From assembly GCA_003971905.1 (NCBI GenBank), contig RSEE01000034.1, positions 186,001 to 250,000 on the forward strand: a DNA stretch of 64,000 nt, written 5' to 3'. The notes below the pieces were generated by a model that saw nothing but the letters and a program-made list of their open reading frames with translations, did no database searches and had not been told where the DNA came from. Origin of the DNA: Moniliella sp. 'wahieum'. Lineage: Eukaryota. Below are positions 12,400 to 25,449 of the stretch, piece by piece (within the stretch, counting starts at the first letter, position 1; the number at the start of each line of letters is the position of its first letter). The position numbers were made by a program, and so were the translations under genes.

Positions 12400-13391
12400 A
12401 TGTCGTGGCCCGATCCGCCTCTCGAGCGGTCCATGTTTGGCATCGATCCACGCGACGAGTTTGCCGTCTGCGTTTCCGAGTGGATTTGGCAAGAGGTCCA
12501 GGGCATCGATCTGGCCGGTGGCCAAATCGAAATTGAGGCCAAGCTGGGGACACTTGTCAATACGGCCACCCAAGAGCGCGTGTACCTTCCTATTTCTACT
12601 GAGACCATCACCGCCTTTCCGCCTGGGGAGACACGCTTCCAGGCCTATGTAACGCCACAACAACACAAGGCTCTCAATCAACTGCTCAACGAGACAGTCC
12701 AGAACTCCCACAAGCCCGGCTACAGCGGCGCCCCTGTCTCTTACCAGAGCACCAAGGCGACCGACACGTTTCATCCACCTGGTCCTGGCGACAACGTCCC
12801 GCCCAATTCACGCATCCGCCTTACCTCTGATCATAAGACGGGCGCCAAAACTGCCATGATCAAAACACGCGTTGCCAGCTTGGACATTTTGAGCCCGAGG
12901 GGGATGGTGGATTACCGTATTAGCATCAACATTGAAACTCCTCGTACGTTTGCGATTAGGCCGCCGCTCTCGTATTCTTGCCCCTCACTTTCGCTTTCCT
13001 CTCCACTTCCATCCGCTGACATCATATCTTACCACCAGACCCGGTGCCGAGTTCCCGCGCCGAGCTCAAGAGAGAGAAAACCCGAATGTCGTACAAACAC
13101 CAAAACTCGCAAGTTGACATTACCCAGGTCACAGCACCTAATATGCATTCATTGTACGAGGTTGAGGTGGAGATACAGAATGGTAACGAACTCATTGAAC
13201 TGGCGCGCTCTTGTAAAGAGTCAACCCAGGCAAATGAGTGGACGCCCTTTGAAGACCAAGTTCTCATTTTCCTCAACAATGTGCGTCTCTTGTTACGGTA
13301 TGTGTATTCCCCTTTCTCTTTTTGTGGTACTGACATCACTTCGTTGTGGGGATCAAGCAATGTGCCTTATTCCGAACAGCTACGCGTATGA
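12400..13391 (+). CDS. CET1: mRNA-capping RNA 5'-triphosphatase (CYTH/triphosphate tunnel metalloenzyme, Cet1/Ctl1 family)
   Basis: Motif A EIEAKLG, IKTRVASLDI, DYRISINIE, REKTRMSY, DITQV, motif C YEVEVE. Introns ~12944-13038 and ~13298-13357. Confidence 0.88.
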
Positions 13392-14517
13392 TCACCGAAA
13401 TGCCAGTCAGCAGACGTGATTTACGCCTGTATCGTGAACGGGTGACTTCGTCGTCCTGGGGACGGCTTTTGGATTGTGGCTTCCGTGTCCATACCAGTAT
13501 TCTTGGTCAGTGACTGTACCTTGTGTACCGTAGCAGGCCTGCATGTCAACGATTAGTGATCGAACGAGCCAGCCTATGCTGATGAGGATTCGTTGTGATG
13601 TAACAGCTACTTCCTAAGGTTGGGGGAAGATTGTTTCGGATATACAGAACAGCTAGTAGTAAACAGTTGGACAATGGCGGAGCAAGGCAGATTGATGTAA
13701 CCTGCCAGACTTACCGAGCCTGAGGCCTCAGAGGCCTAATACAAGCCAAGAGATTCAAAGGGCAGGGAAACAGCAGAGGTAGGGAAGAGAGAGAACGTTC
13801 CAGTGCCTGGGGCTACAGGGTCCAATGTCCCACTGCAACCGCATGCTATGAATGCTTGCCACGGGTATCTTAATGTACGACACACTCTAAGTTCTACTAT
13901 ATCTCAAACCTGGCAAGAGCCTGCCGCGATGTTTCCTTAGTTTCATTGGAGTGCACCCAACGTTTTTGTTTGGCGCACTCTGCTCGGCAAACCCGTGGGC
14001 TGGCCCTTGCCCCCTATCCTATACCCCACTGAAGCCCCACGGGTGCCCATTCAGCTTGCACGTGTTTCTATGCATCTCCTTGTCAGCGGATTATTCTGGA
14101 AAGGTGGGGGCGCTAGTAGTAATCCAACATTATGACGAGCAATGCGCTTGCCTTTAACGAGAGGTTCAACATGGGAGAGATACCAATCGAGAAGGAAGCT
14201 GAAGTGAAGGATGCCACGCCAGTGTGCGTTGGTCTGCCGAGAAATGGATCGAGTACGCCCCAGTGGTTACCCTATGTTGCAGACGCCAACAATACCGGTA
14301 ATTGACGGAAGCCATCCATAACAGAGCCCAACTACACATGTTAAAACAAAACAGGCATGTTCACCACCACGGAACAGACATGGTGTGGGTATGACAACCA
14401 TGGATCAAACGAGATTGGGAGTAAAATGGGGGAGATGGAAGGAATCAAGCAGAAAATATGAAGGTAGACAAGTTTCGTCCCGTCGGCCGAGAGAAAAGAT
14501 AAGAATAGGAGGGACGA

Positions 14518-16126
14518 TCAATCGCCTCGACCTGGGGACGGAGGCCGATGGGTAGGACACCCGGCCCCCCTGCCTAGCCAACCACGAAGACAAGGTTCAT
14601 GGAACGCACATAGGCACGTCATCCGCGCTATCATTTCGTTAACCTCGAAATCTTCCATGCAAATCAAGCATTCGCGACCAATCAGCGGGTTGCCCATCCG
14701 AAGTGTGTCACGCGCATAGCGGGAATGGGGATGCGGTCCTCCGTGGCTGTTGCATCGGGGTCGGAGTCGAGAAAGAAGAGGAAGGAGAAGAAGGGAGAAT
14801 GCCGCTGGCTGCCCAAAGAGCTGTGGTGGGGGATTCGACGCAGGCGCGCACATGGGCCTCTAATAATGCATCTTCTCCCTCAGGCACGACCAGGCGGGTA
14901 CACACGGGACACTCAAGCATAGCTGGCCTCTGGCGGTGCGTGGTTTGGGTAGGAAGCGAACGAGAGAGCTGTGGGGTAGCCTCTCGCTGTAAAAGGAAGG
15001 GAAAGTATTGGGCCAAGACGTTGCTGTCGGCTTCCCCGGCTGTACTGCTCGGCCGCTCAATCATTCTTGCCCGAGTGGGAGACAGGACAGGGTCCGATGA
15101 ATCTTCTCCTCTGCCTGCATATCTTGCCCAGCTCTGACACACATTCATCGCACACACGCACCACTTCTGCCTCGGCACCACTGGCGGCGTGGGCGAGGGG
15201 AGGCGGCACCGAGACGCTGCGGTTATGCGACGGAGCGGCAGGTATGGAAGCCAAGAGCGCCTCCTCGGCTGTAGCAGGTGGGTGGACGATACTGTGTTGA
15301 GGAAGCATGCTGCGGTGGCGCGTGCACTGCGCACAACACACTCGTCCGCACGAGCGGCAATGATGGCGACGGGTAAACAGTCCAAACATGCGATGGCAAA
15401 GACGACACTTGTCCGCTGCCTCATCCGGTTCCCATTGGCCATGCGCTACGCGCGGAGGTAGAAATGGAACGGACGGTGTGCGCCCCCGCCTCCCACCCAA
15501 GGATTGGGTCTGTGACTCGGCTTGTACCGGCGCAGGGACGACGAGATGGGAGCGGGGGCGGGCAAGGAGCGGAGGGGCGCGGCAGGGCGCTGGCTGGGCA
15601 CAGGATTTAGAGTCGGTTGCGGAGAGGCAAGCGAGGAGTGGGACTGGAGCGATTCCAGGTGCCGCGCATGGGAAGACTCAGTTTCTGGGGCATCGGACCG
15701 GATCAAATTCAGTCCGCTCAGGCCTGGCACCACTTCGGCCGGAGAGAGTTGGGGAACAGCCAAGTCGAGTGCAGGATGCAAAGGGAAAACGCCGTCCGAG
15801 CTGGAGTGAGATTCAACCCACTCATCTTCATCGTCATTGTCCTCATCCTCTCCCTCATGTTCAGCAGCATTCCCTTCGTCTTCGTCCTCAATTTCGTTCC
15901 CGTCGTTGGCACGCTCGTCCGCATCCTCAGCTTGGTCGCAAGAGGGAGTCGGAGGCAAAGGGCTGCTGGCGTGGAGGGTTGAAGGCGAATGTGGGTGCTC
16001 GTGGCGCGGGATGGGCGGGAGAGAACGGGAACAGGCAAGAAGTCCCTGAGGGGAATCTGGATCTGGCCCTGGCATACGCTTGGGCGGAGGCCGAGGCGTT
16101 GGGGACAGGGTGAGACCGTTGAGCAT
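14518..16126 (-). CDS. FYVE-domain + RING-H2 E3 ubiquitin ligase (Pib1-like)
   Basis: WEPDEAADKCRLCHRMFGLFTRRHHCRSCGRVCCAQC..RVCDEC (FYVE), a CPVC..HVRAC finger, and C-terminal ECLICMEDF..CLCAFHEPCLRGWL..GCPTH (RING-H2). Frameshifts between segments. Confidence 0.9.
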
Positions 16127-16609
16127 CGGGCCAATACGCTCGATGGTCAGTTCGCGGTGCGTAGCGGCTCAACTCAAAGATCAAATCCAGCGTGATTGAG
16201 ATCAGAGATCTAAGAGGACCAGGCTCGCTGACATAAGACACCCAAATTCGCGGTTTATTTTTGGACTTTTGTGATGTGGTGATATACATAAGCAACGCCT
16301 GTCAAAACCCACTGTATATATAGTGCGAGCCTTCAGGCTTTCAGGCCTCAGGAATGGCTGTCAACCGACCACGCCCAGCGCCACCTTGTCCAAACATTGA
16401 TGCATAATTCGTGATGAAGATGATGCTACCGTAGATTCAGACATTCACAGACGTGTCCACTCGAAAGTTGAGACGAAAACGTGAGCAGAAAAGAGGGAAG
16501 AAGAAACAAGGGGGAGAAAACACAACTGTTTTAAGGGGATAAAAAGTGAGATTGGTGAAGGGTGCAAGATTATTGTGCAGGTGGCTTCTCGATGAGATGA
16601 AGATGATAG

Positions 16610-19121
16610 CTAGGCTTCTTCCTGGCCCGTACTCTCCGCCACATCCCCCAGGGCCGAGTGACTTACAGTGCTGACATGTGTGTTGCGGCGTGAGCCAAGC
16701 TCGGGGCGGAGACGGGCTTGCAGGCGCTCCACCATGTTGAAAGGAACCATATTGTTTCGTTCCTCTTCGAACGAGTTTGTTCGGCTGGGCGCCTGCGAGC
16801 CGACACGTGAGCCAACACGCGACCCGATACGTGACCCGACCCGACTACGGTCCGCGGATGCACCTTCGGTAACAAGGTAACTGGACCGACGTGAGCTCAA
16901 GCCTGGCCGAATCCGCTCCTCTTGCAACCCACGTGCGGTGGAGTGGCGGCGCGGCAAACCCGGGCGAACTGAAACAGGTGGCAGGGTTTCGGGTGCCTTC
17001 TCGATGTCTTCTTGTTCTCCGTGTTCCTGAGGACTTCTGGCCATGTGTTGCTCTTGTCTCTCGTCGTTGAGCTGTTGGGCAAAGGGCGAGCGCCGGCGCA
17101 AGGCAGGTCCGTAAAAGTAAATCAGATACACAGCCAGCACCAGAACTGTGGAGATGCAAAACAGGATAGTCGAAGCATATTCGAGGTGGCGATAGTGTTT
17201 TTCACCGTGACTGTGGGGACCAATGTTACTGAAAAAGGGCACTGCGGGCACGGTCAAGATACCGGCCAAAATCGCGTGACCATCCGTTGCCCCCGGTTGC
17301 GGAGGCTGAGTAAGGGCCGTAGGCAGCCACCATGTAATCAATTGTCGCTGCGTACACGGCGAAGTTGGCAATCCCTACCAAAGCCGAGCAAATCATTGGG
17401 CCAATCCAATGGATCGGAGGTCCAGAGGAAGTCCAAGCAAAGGTGATTAGCCCAATGGGCAAGAGCCAACAAAGAAAGAGTAGCCACCACAGTCGCTCCT
17501 CGAACTGCACACGCTCATCATCAGGAAATTGGCGACGACGGCGAATGTTGCGCTTGATGGAAAAGAAAAAGGAGGCGTACGCAATGAGATAGCCTGTTCC
17601 AACGGGAACGAAAGAAAGGCCCACCTCAAAAGGTTTAAAATTGTACTGACCATAAACGAGGGAGAAGCTCTGAATAAACATGAAAATGAGAGCATCCGAA
17701 AAGCCTGAGAGGAGGGAAAGGAAAAGAACGATGGGCTCGGTGACATACACTGTGGAGGGTCACCACAAAATGGTCAGTGAGGTGCGCAGGGCAAAATGGA
17801 AGCCGCGTTTTGAGCCCCACGGCAAAGGAGCAAAAGAGATGTGTTATACGTACTGTAAAACGGGCGGGTCCAGATGGCGATGACCTCCTTGGTGGAAAAA
17901 CGTTCGCTCCACGGCAGCACCTCGTTCGGGCCCCACACGTCCTCTCCCTTTGCGCGACGCCGTTTGGCGATGGCGGTCATCATGGTGGTTGACCTTGACT
18001 CGGGAATGAAGAGAACAAGGATGTTGACAAAACCCCCGGCACAAAGTTGCAGCCAGATGCACCATTGCCACTTCAGCCATTGCTCACAGAGCCCTCCAAT
18101 GATCGCGCCAACGATGGAACCACCTGAAGACATGAATAGGACAAAAAGGGATTAGGTTTGGGTGCGAAGAGGGATTGGATTGGGGTAGGATTCTGCCGAA
18201 AAAAAGAAGGACGTACCAACAGAGGAGAGGACGATGAAGTTGATCCCGTACTGGTGATCTTCAGGCTCATACATATCCGCCACCATACCCAACGTGACCG
18301 ATCCACCCGCCGAGAACAATCCGCCGAGTGCGCGTCCGGCCATAACCGTGCCAAAGTTTTTTGCTACCCCGACTGGGATTTGCCACACATTGACGAAAAA
18401 GAGAGAGGCAAACAGAGTGATTTTCCGCCCCAGCTCCTCGGACCAAGGAGCCCACAGCTGACAACCAAAGGCGTACGTCACAAGAAACACCATCGCACCA
18501 CACCGGGCCGCCTGTTCCGAGATGCCAAAATCTTCGGCCATACCCTTATGATGGGGATGGGAGGCAACGGCGTTGGAGTAGAGAGAGGTGTTGAGGTTCA
18601 TGCTTGTCTGAATCAAGAAGATTACCGTGAGAGTCCACCTAGGCAACCAGAAGAAAAAAAGGATGGTCAGACCTTTATAGCGGTAATATATCAGAGAAAT
18701 AGAACCCCGCCTCATCGTCTCATGACCCCCAACTTGATCCTGGTGAACGAAGGAAACAATCCTATCCATGCAGAGAGGATACGACATGTCCAGACAATGA
18801 AAGTGGGAAAGGAAGGAGGGATGGAGGGGGGGGGAGAAGATGTAAAGGGACACACCATTTTTTCCAAGCAGGCCAGCAAAATGCCAGCTCTTCGTAGCAC
18901 TCCTCCTCGGTCAAAACCCTCTTTTCGTTCTTTTCGGGCTGCGGACGATCGCGTTTATCAGGGGCATTATCAGTGGAGAGGTAGGTAACGCGGCCCTCAT
19001 GTGGTTTGGTTGAGGTGGCATGAGGTGTGTCGTATGATGGGTCAGAGGGCGTCTCAGCGGGCTTAGTAGAGGCGGACGTGCCCGATGCGGTGGAGTGGCC
19101 GTCTACCGAGTGGTGTGTCAT
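16610..19121 (-). CDS. MFS transporter, DHA1 (drug:H+ antiporter) family
   Basis: WPAWKKW, WAPWSEELGRK, GRALGGLFSAGGSVTLGMVADMY, IPESRS, TEPIVLFLSLLSGFSDALIF, DYMVAAYGPYSASATGGNG. Introns near 18855-18641, 18215-18142 and 17852-17752. Confidence 0.92.
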
Positions 19122-19721
19122 GTCTCTCGTGAGATAGACGAAGGCAATGTTCGCGTCCAACGAGGAAGGAATTGGTGGGGTGTTGGATACGAGGCGTGAG
19201 GAGATACAGGAAAGCCTGTGTGGGTGGTTATATACCAAACGGTACCTGGGGGTGGGGGCAGGTACCCCATTTCATATGCGAAGATGAGAAATGGTTTTAG
19301 GGGGGGCTGTCTGCTAAGACGAACCCCACTCGGCTGGGGTGGTGTGATGGGCTATGTTGGCCCGCCTGCCCCCCCGTCCCCGTTCCGGGAACGATCTCCA
19401 GGGACGAGAAGGGTGAGGCCGGTGAGGGCGCGAGTTCCTCTACAAAGAAGGCCATCGATGAAAGCACAGGGACATCGATGACGATTGATCACAATGACGC
19501 GCTACGGGGAATGTTGTGGCGTTGATGCGACGATGCGCCGATGCCACGAACTGTGGACCCCACACGGCCAATACTAACGCAAGAACCTCCCGCTCCCGCC
19601 TCCCCTCGGGCTCAGCACAAACCCCTTTTTCATAGTCCCACACGTGTGTGAGAGTCCTCGTGCTCAGTGCTCACATGTCACAGTGCTCAGCCTCAGCGCT
19701 CTCAACGTCTCGACCGCACAA

Positions 19722-19763
19722 CGGCTTCGCGGCTTAGCGGCTTAGCGGCTTAGCGCTTAGCGC
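19722..19763. repeat. Short tandem repeat (GCGGCTTA)n
   Basis: 'cggcttcgcggcttagcggcttagcggcttagcgcttagcgc'. Confidence 0.8.
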
Positions 19764-22440
19764 TGGAGAGTTCACCGTTTAGCCGCTGCTCAGCACACTC
19801 AGCAGTCCTGGAATAGCAACATGCAGCCATTGGACCTGGGTAACGAACTCAACGACTGCCCTCTCGAGCTTGGTGTCTTACGGAGACCCTATCGATCCCA
19901 CCTCTCCCCAACCAAGCGATAGGATAGAGATCGAGAGCGATTCCCTATAGTGCTTACGTTGTATTCCGATAAAGATGAGACGCGGCGCACTTTGTCGCTC
20001 TCCCCAACGTATTCCACGATCTATAACCGTTTGTGCGCGCTTTACTTGACCATCGTTCATCGTGGCATGGCACTATTGGTACTATATCAGTGACGATGGG
20101 GAGAAAACCGTCGGGTCGCAAGCAACAGCCGGCATATATCTCGCCACTAAGTTCTAATAGCCACTGCCGCGAGGTGTGGTATCTTTGGTTATATATCGTC
20201 TCAGTATCTCCGCCTGTCTGCCCGCCCCGTCTGCAAGTGTGTGCGCTGAGGCGCTGAGGCCCCACAGCCTGAGGAGAGCGCTCAGCCTGAGCTCAGTGCG
20301 TCCGGCTGTGCTCAGCTGAACTGCTTGGTGGCTGAGACGCCGAGCCGAAGCTCAGCCTGAACTCACGCTCTGTGGCGGCGTGTCATCGAGTCATCCACTG
20401 AGTATCACCTGAGGCCTGAGGCTCAGGCCTGACCGGCGGCCATGGCCTTCTGAGGTTCTGAAGGGGCTTGAACAACAGCAAACACAACGTTCTTCCGCTC
20501 CATGTGCCCCCGTGGCCCCACCGCCACAGGAAAAGCAAACCTCCGCATGATTCATGCATCATACGCCTTTCTTCCGGCCACTGCCCCGGTCCCAAGAAGA
20601 GACTGCCGTTGCCAACTTGACGTGGAGATCGGAGAGCTCTTCATATTGGCACAACGTCCCCGTTTTCCTCCGCAAGTTTTTTGGCTGTGGCAAGATCACC
20701 GGTCACACTCGGTCGCCCGACCGCCGGGGCTTGCGAGCTCCCATGGGGCAGTGCGCCCCCGTGCCGGTGGCGCGATAGCCATATGTTAGTCGCGCTCATG
20801 CATCATGCATCATGCCACTCTCTGAGACTGGGGATGCGCTGGGATGCCAAGGGATGCATCGGGGCCCCACACCCTATCATTACAACGGCGGACGAGAAAT
20901 AAAATTTAAAACCACAGTTGTCCCGTTGGCTCCGCCGGCGGGTGTATGTCCATGTCGACGTCAGTGGCAGAAGAAAGTCGCTCTCAGCAGTTACTAGTTA
21001 CGTCGGCCGCGGGCGCTAGCCTTGGCCAGCTCGGCCAGGTTGCTACTGATGCATGATACAACATGAGAAGATGTTAGTACTTAGTACTGACGCACTGAGT
21101 ATTACGTGAATGATGATCGATGATGCAGATGCTGCACCCCAATATAGCAACTGTGACGACTACTTAATGAGATCTGAGATATGGCCGCCAAGTGGTGCGG
21201 CCTGGAGCGGCTCACCGCCTGTCGCTGCGGGGTAGACATTGCACAGCGTGTTGGGCCTCAGGCCTGCCTCAACGGTGAGGAGTCCGGAGTGCTTCACCGC
21301 CGAGAGCGGATGTGAGCCAATGCAACAGAGGGACCCATGTGGGTGGGGCCGCCTGGGTTATCGATGAGATTGATGATAGCACCCTCTATCGAAACATTGC
21401 AGTGGCAACTGACGCTCGCCCCTTGGCAGTGGAGATGTTCCCCCCCTTTCGGTGATATTCATCGATCATCTCTTACTCCATTTTTATATACTTTTTTTTG
21501 CTCACAAAACAATCAATCACCTTTTCGACATATCTGTCGAGGACAGATCTGACCTTTTTTTGGCTGTTGATAGACTCTCTTTTGATTTTCGCTTAGCATC
21601 TTCTTTGGACTGTGGATCCTACTTCATTTTGCGCTAGGGAGAGACATAAATTGCACGCGTGGTGTTGGTGAGAAGAGCATTTTTGGAATGATAGCACTTT
21701 TAGTCCAAATATGTATATGCTGAGTACAACTACTAGTAGAGAGGGCTGGGGAGGGTATTACTTTGCACAGAAGATAGTTTCTGGTGTGTGTCTTAATTGC
21801 AAAAGTATGCACACGCATGCATGCATTTTAGCGGTTGTAATCATGCCTCTCCTTGTCGACTCTCCCCTTTGTATCTTTCCTCCGTTGGGATTATCTCTTC
21901 TTGGAATGTATGATGCGTCGTCTGTTAACTAAAAATGTTTCGCCAGTGGGGGCAATCAAGGTGTCCCGGGCCTTTTGAGAGCATAAACAAAATTAGCTGT
22001 CGTGTGGGGTAGAAGGGGTAATAAGAGATACCCCATGCACAAAGAGGGTTAATAGTGGTATGCACCAGGATGCCCCGCATGGTGGAGGGTGAAGCTTGAA
22101 GGCCTGGTTAGCTAGACGCGACTGTGCGGGGAGACGTCTTGGATGGTATCACATGTATTACACCTGTCTACGTTCAACACGTTCAACATGCTAACAGTCG
22201 CATGTCCATATAGCCGAAAGTGCAACGGGAGGGCGCGAGGGGAGCGGCGAATATTGAATGTTGCTACTATTTTGAGTAGATTGAAAGTGGCAAAACCCCG
22301 CTGCCGGGCACCACGCAGCAATCCAGCGATGCAGTGGGAATTTTCAGCGCAAAGCCCCCTCCCTAGCCGATGCGGCCCGAGGCGTCCAGCCCCCCCCCGC
22401 CGTTCTGCCAACACCCGCGCAACACGCCGACAGCGTGGAG

Positions 22441-24753
22441 ATGGCCGTCGCCAGCCCGTCTCCCGCCATTGCGTCTGCGTCTGCGTCTGCGTCCGCATCT
22501 GCGTCTGGCTCTGCCCACGCATCCACCGCCCCCACCGCTCCCGCCCGCCCGCCCTACGCCCTACCCGCTTTCACCCTTGACCTTGACGCTGTCACCTACA
22601 GCAGCGCCCACTCCTTTCCTGTCCGCCCCATCGTCTTCCGTCCCGCCGCCCATGCCACCACCAGCAGCTCGTCCTTCGGCTCCGAGCCTGCATCAGGTCC
22701 CTCCGCAGACCTTCCTCCTCCTGGCCCCGCCGTCGCCTTGCCTGCCCATGAGCCACTCCCCGCGCCACCTCCGCCCCCCCCTCTGCTTGCCTCGCGCCAT
22801 TCCTTCTCGCACCTTCGCCCGCATGCCCCTACTACAACTCGCACATCCACCTCCAGTTCAACATCTAGTTCCGCATCCAGCTCTGCGTCTTCCCTTCCAC
22901 GCACCACCCCACACACGCCGAGCAGAATAACCGCCCCCGCCCACGCTCCGATCGGCACCGCATCGTTGCGGGTCTCGCTGCGACAGAGGCGGAGCTGCGT
23001 AAAGAAGCCGACCGGCTCAGTTCTTCCCCATTTTCTCATCCCCCTTCCGTGCCAAGGTCTGCCTTACACTCGTCCTCATCCTTGATGGATGTACATAGGG
23101 ACTTGCCGCGGGCACATCGCATCATCCGGCCCCGTGCCCGCTCCCCGACTGGCCGTTCGATCCGGAGCGTTGCCTCTGCCCCTGGAGTGTTTCCGGACAC
23201 ACACCTCTCCTATCCATCCACCCACTTGCAGCAACAACCACCCCCAACGCGCTTCATTCTTCTTCTCCCGACGAGCCCGATCCGCCCTCTGGACAGTCCG
23301 GGACCACAACACGCTACCGCTCCAACACCCAACCTGTCCGACTATTTCCTCCTATCGCCTCAGCGTCTACCACACGGCGACGCAGGACACCGATTCACCA
23401 TGCCCAGCCTGCCTCCTCGCCCTCGAGCACGACATTTCCTATGTCCACCGGCATCGCTCCTCCTGGCTCTTTGCCAACTGTGACACCCTCCCTTCCAACT
23501 TCAGATCTGGACTCTTCCCCTCCCCCTCCGCCACCCTACAGTCCGCCCCGGAGTACCGAACCTGCCATTATGGCGAGCCAAGTCCCACGGGGTAATGGTC
23601 CCGTATTTGCTGCCGAAGAGAACGCTACCGATGAGGACACTGTCGACGAGGACTTGGTCCCAGATGCCGATTCGGGCGCCGAGGAGGTCACGCAGGAGGA
23701 GGATTTGATGGATGAGGTGGTAGAGGCTATGGTGGCCGAGGAGGATGATGGAGATGCGCTAGTCCACATTTTTGTCTTGCATCCACTACTACGCTTGCTG
23801 GCAGCGGTTCCTGGTCTGCTGGGGACGTTGTACCTATGGCGCAAGTGCGTTATCGTGGCATTGCGCAACCAAGATCTGCGTCGGATTGGCGACCGATCTG
23901 TCCCGGGCGCATTGGACTATTTGACTGCTTCAGGATGGGTGAGTGCTGGCGGGTTCTTGTTTTCATTTTCCGTTCCTGCCAAGTATACAACTGCGTAAGC
24001 AATCCATATTGACCCAGTTCTCTTTTTTCTTTTCTGTTGTCTGTCTAGTCGATGGCCACCGCCTTTCATGCACTGTCAATGACTACCTTACTCTTACGCC
24101 GCTGGCTGCTGTACTACGGCCTGCTACCTTCGCTCGTGCGACTGGTGGCACTCCAAGCAATCAGCGGGGCATTGTTGCAACTCAATTTTCACAAAATTTT
24201 CGGGTCAACTCACCCGTTGGCAGCGTGGGTAGTAGCGAGCGTAACAACTTCCTCGTTCGACGTATTGGTACGCTGGATCACAAGCAATATTGTGGACAGA
24301 CAGGCCGATCTGTTTCTTCTCTCGCCGCCCACCCGCACCGCTGGCCATGCTACCGGTCTCGCTGCCCGCTCTTCGCTGGCCATGTCACTGGTGGTGGGCG
24401 GGGGCGAGGCGCGCCAGCGTAGGCGCGGTCGTCGTTCGGCCCGTGCTGATGGGCGAGACACGATTGCACGCGACGCTGAAGCACGCCATGCGTTGGCGGT
24501 TGCGGCTAGCGCGCGTGCACGTGCAGAGGAAGCTCTTCGCCAGGCAGGCAGTGGCCTCCTGCCTCCCGCCCCGTCTACGCTGCGCGGAACCTACATCCAA
24601 TCTTTGATTACCACCAGGCGGCGCGTGTTCCACTGGGATGTGGCTGTCCGACGCAATTTGTTCTCCCTGGCGTGCCTTAGCTTTGTGAGCATGTGGGTCC
24701 TACTGCTCGACTCGATGTACCCGGGGCCGCTGCCCACAGGCGGGAAGGAATAA
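22441..24753 (+). CDS. EOS1: EOS1-family ER membrane protein with long Ser/Pro-rich N-terminus
   Basis: C-terminal region LTASGW|SMATAFHALSMTTLLLRRWLLYYGLLPSLVRLVALQAI..WITSNI..RRRVFHWDVAVRR resembles the Eos1 family. Intron ~23939-24048. The N-terminal part is frameshifted and its start is approximate. Confidence 0.78.
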
Positions 24754-24831
24754 GACGCGATGCATGTGAGAAGGGGGGTAGTCATACAGTGGAACTCAAA
24801 ACGAAGGGGAAGGATAGGGGCGAGATAGACA

Positions 24832-25206
24832 TTAAGATGCCTCGGGGGTGTCACTAGCGGCGGCCTTGGAAGGACCGGGCCCATCGATGCTCTCAAGGTT
24901 AAACACCAGGTTACGGCGGTACTGCCCACGCTGAGGTTAGTCATCCACCCACCCAGACACAGAAGCACACCAGCAAACGACCAACGTACCGAGGACCACA
25001 GATGACTTGCAATCACAGTGCTGCGGTTGTGCCGGTTGATCTCGTCCACCGACCGCGCCAGCTCCTCCAGCGACTGGTGCAGCACATCGACGTTGCGGAT
25101 GATGCGCTCCAGCAACACAATCTGGTTCTCTTCCTGAATATTGCCACATCATCTGTCAGTATGCGTGGATATGATGCAGGGATAGACGTACGTGCGGATT
25201 GTTCAT
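24832..25206 (-). CDS. DAD4: DASH/Dam1 complex subunit Dad4
   Basis: Spliced (introns ~25191-25134 and ~24989-24922): MNNPHEENQIVLLERIIRNVDVLHQSLEELARSVDEINRHNRSTVIASHLWSSYRRNLVFNLESIDGPGPSKAAASDTPEAS*. Matches the Dad4 pattern NPHE..LL.RII.NV..Y...V.FNLE. Confidence 0.88.
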
Positions 25207-25449
25207 GGTGGGAGCGGGAGCGAGAGCGGTGGTGGTGGTGATGGTGGTGGTCGGTGTCGTTTCAATGTTGGGTGTTGATTGGCTGGGTCTGAAACCGCAA
25301 CTCGAGTCGCATCGCATCACGTGACCGGGTGGCTGCCCATTTCAAAAAAGTTCCGCCGCGCAGGCCGGGCTTAGGTGGTGCGCGTTGCGTTGGCACCACT
25401 GCTTCCTTCCCTCGCCTCCACCGCCACCACCCACACGCCCTTGGACGGC

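Noticed and set aside
21110..21177. Box C/D snoRNA candidate (ATGATGA ... CTGA)
   Set aside because: No terminal stem, and only about 8 nt of possible rRNA complementarity that I could see. It lies in a motif-rich low-complexity patch. A snoscan or Infernal search would settle it.
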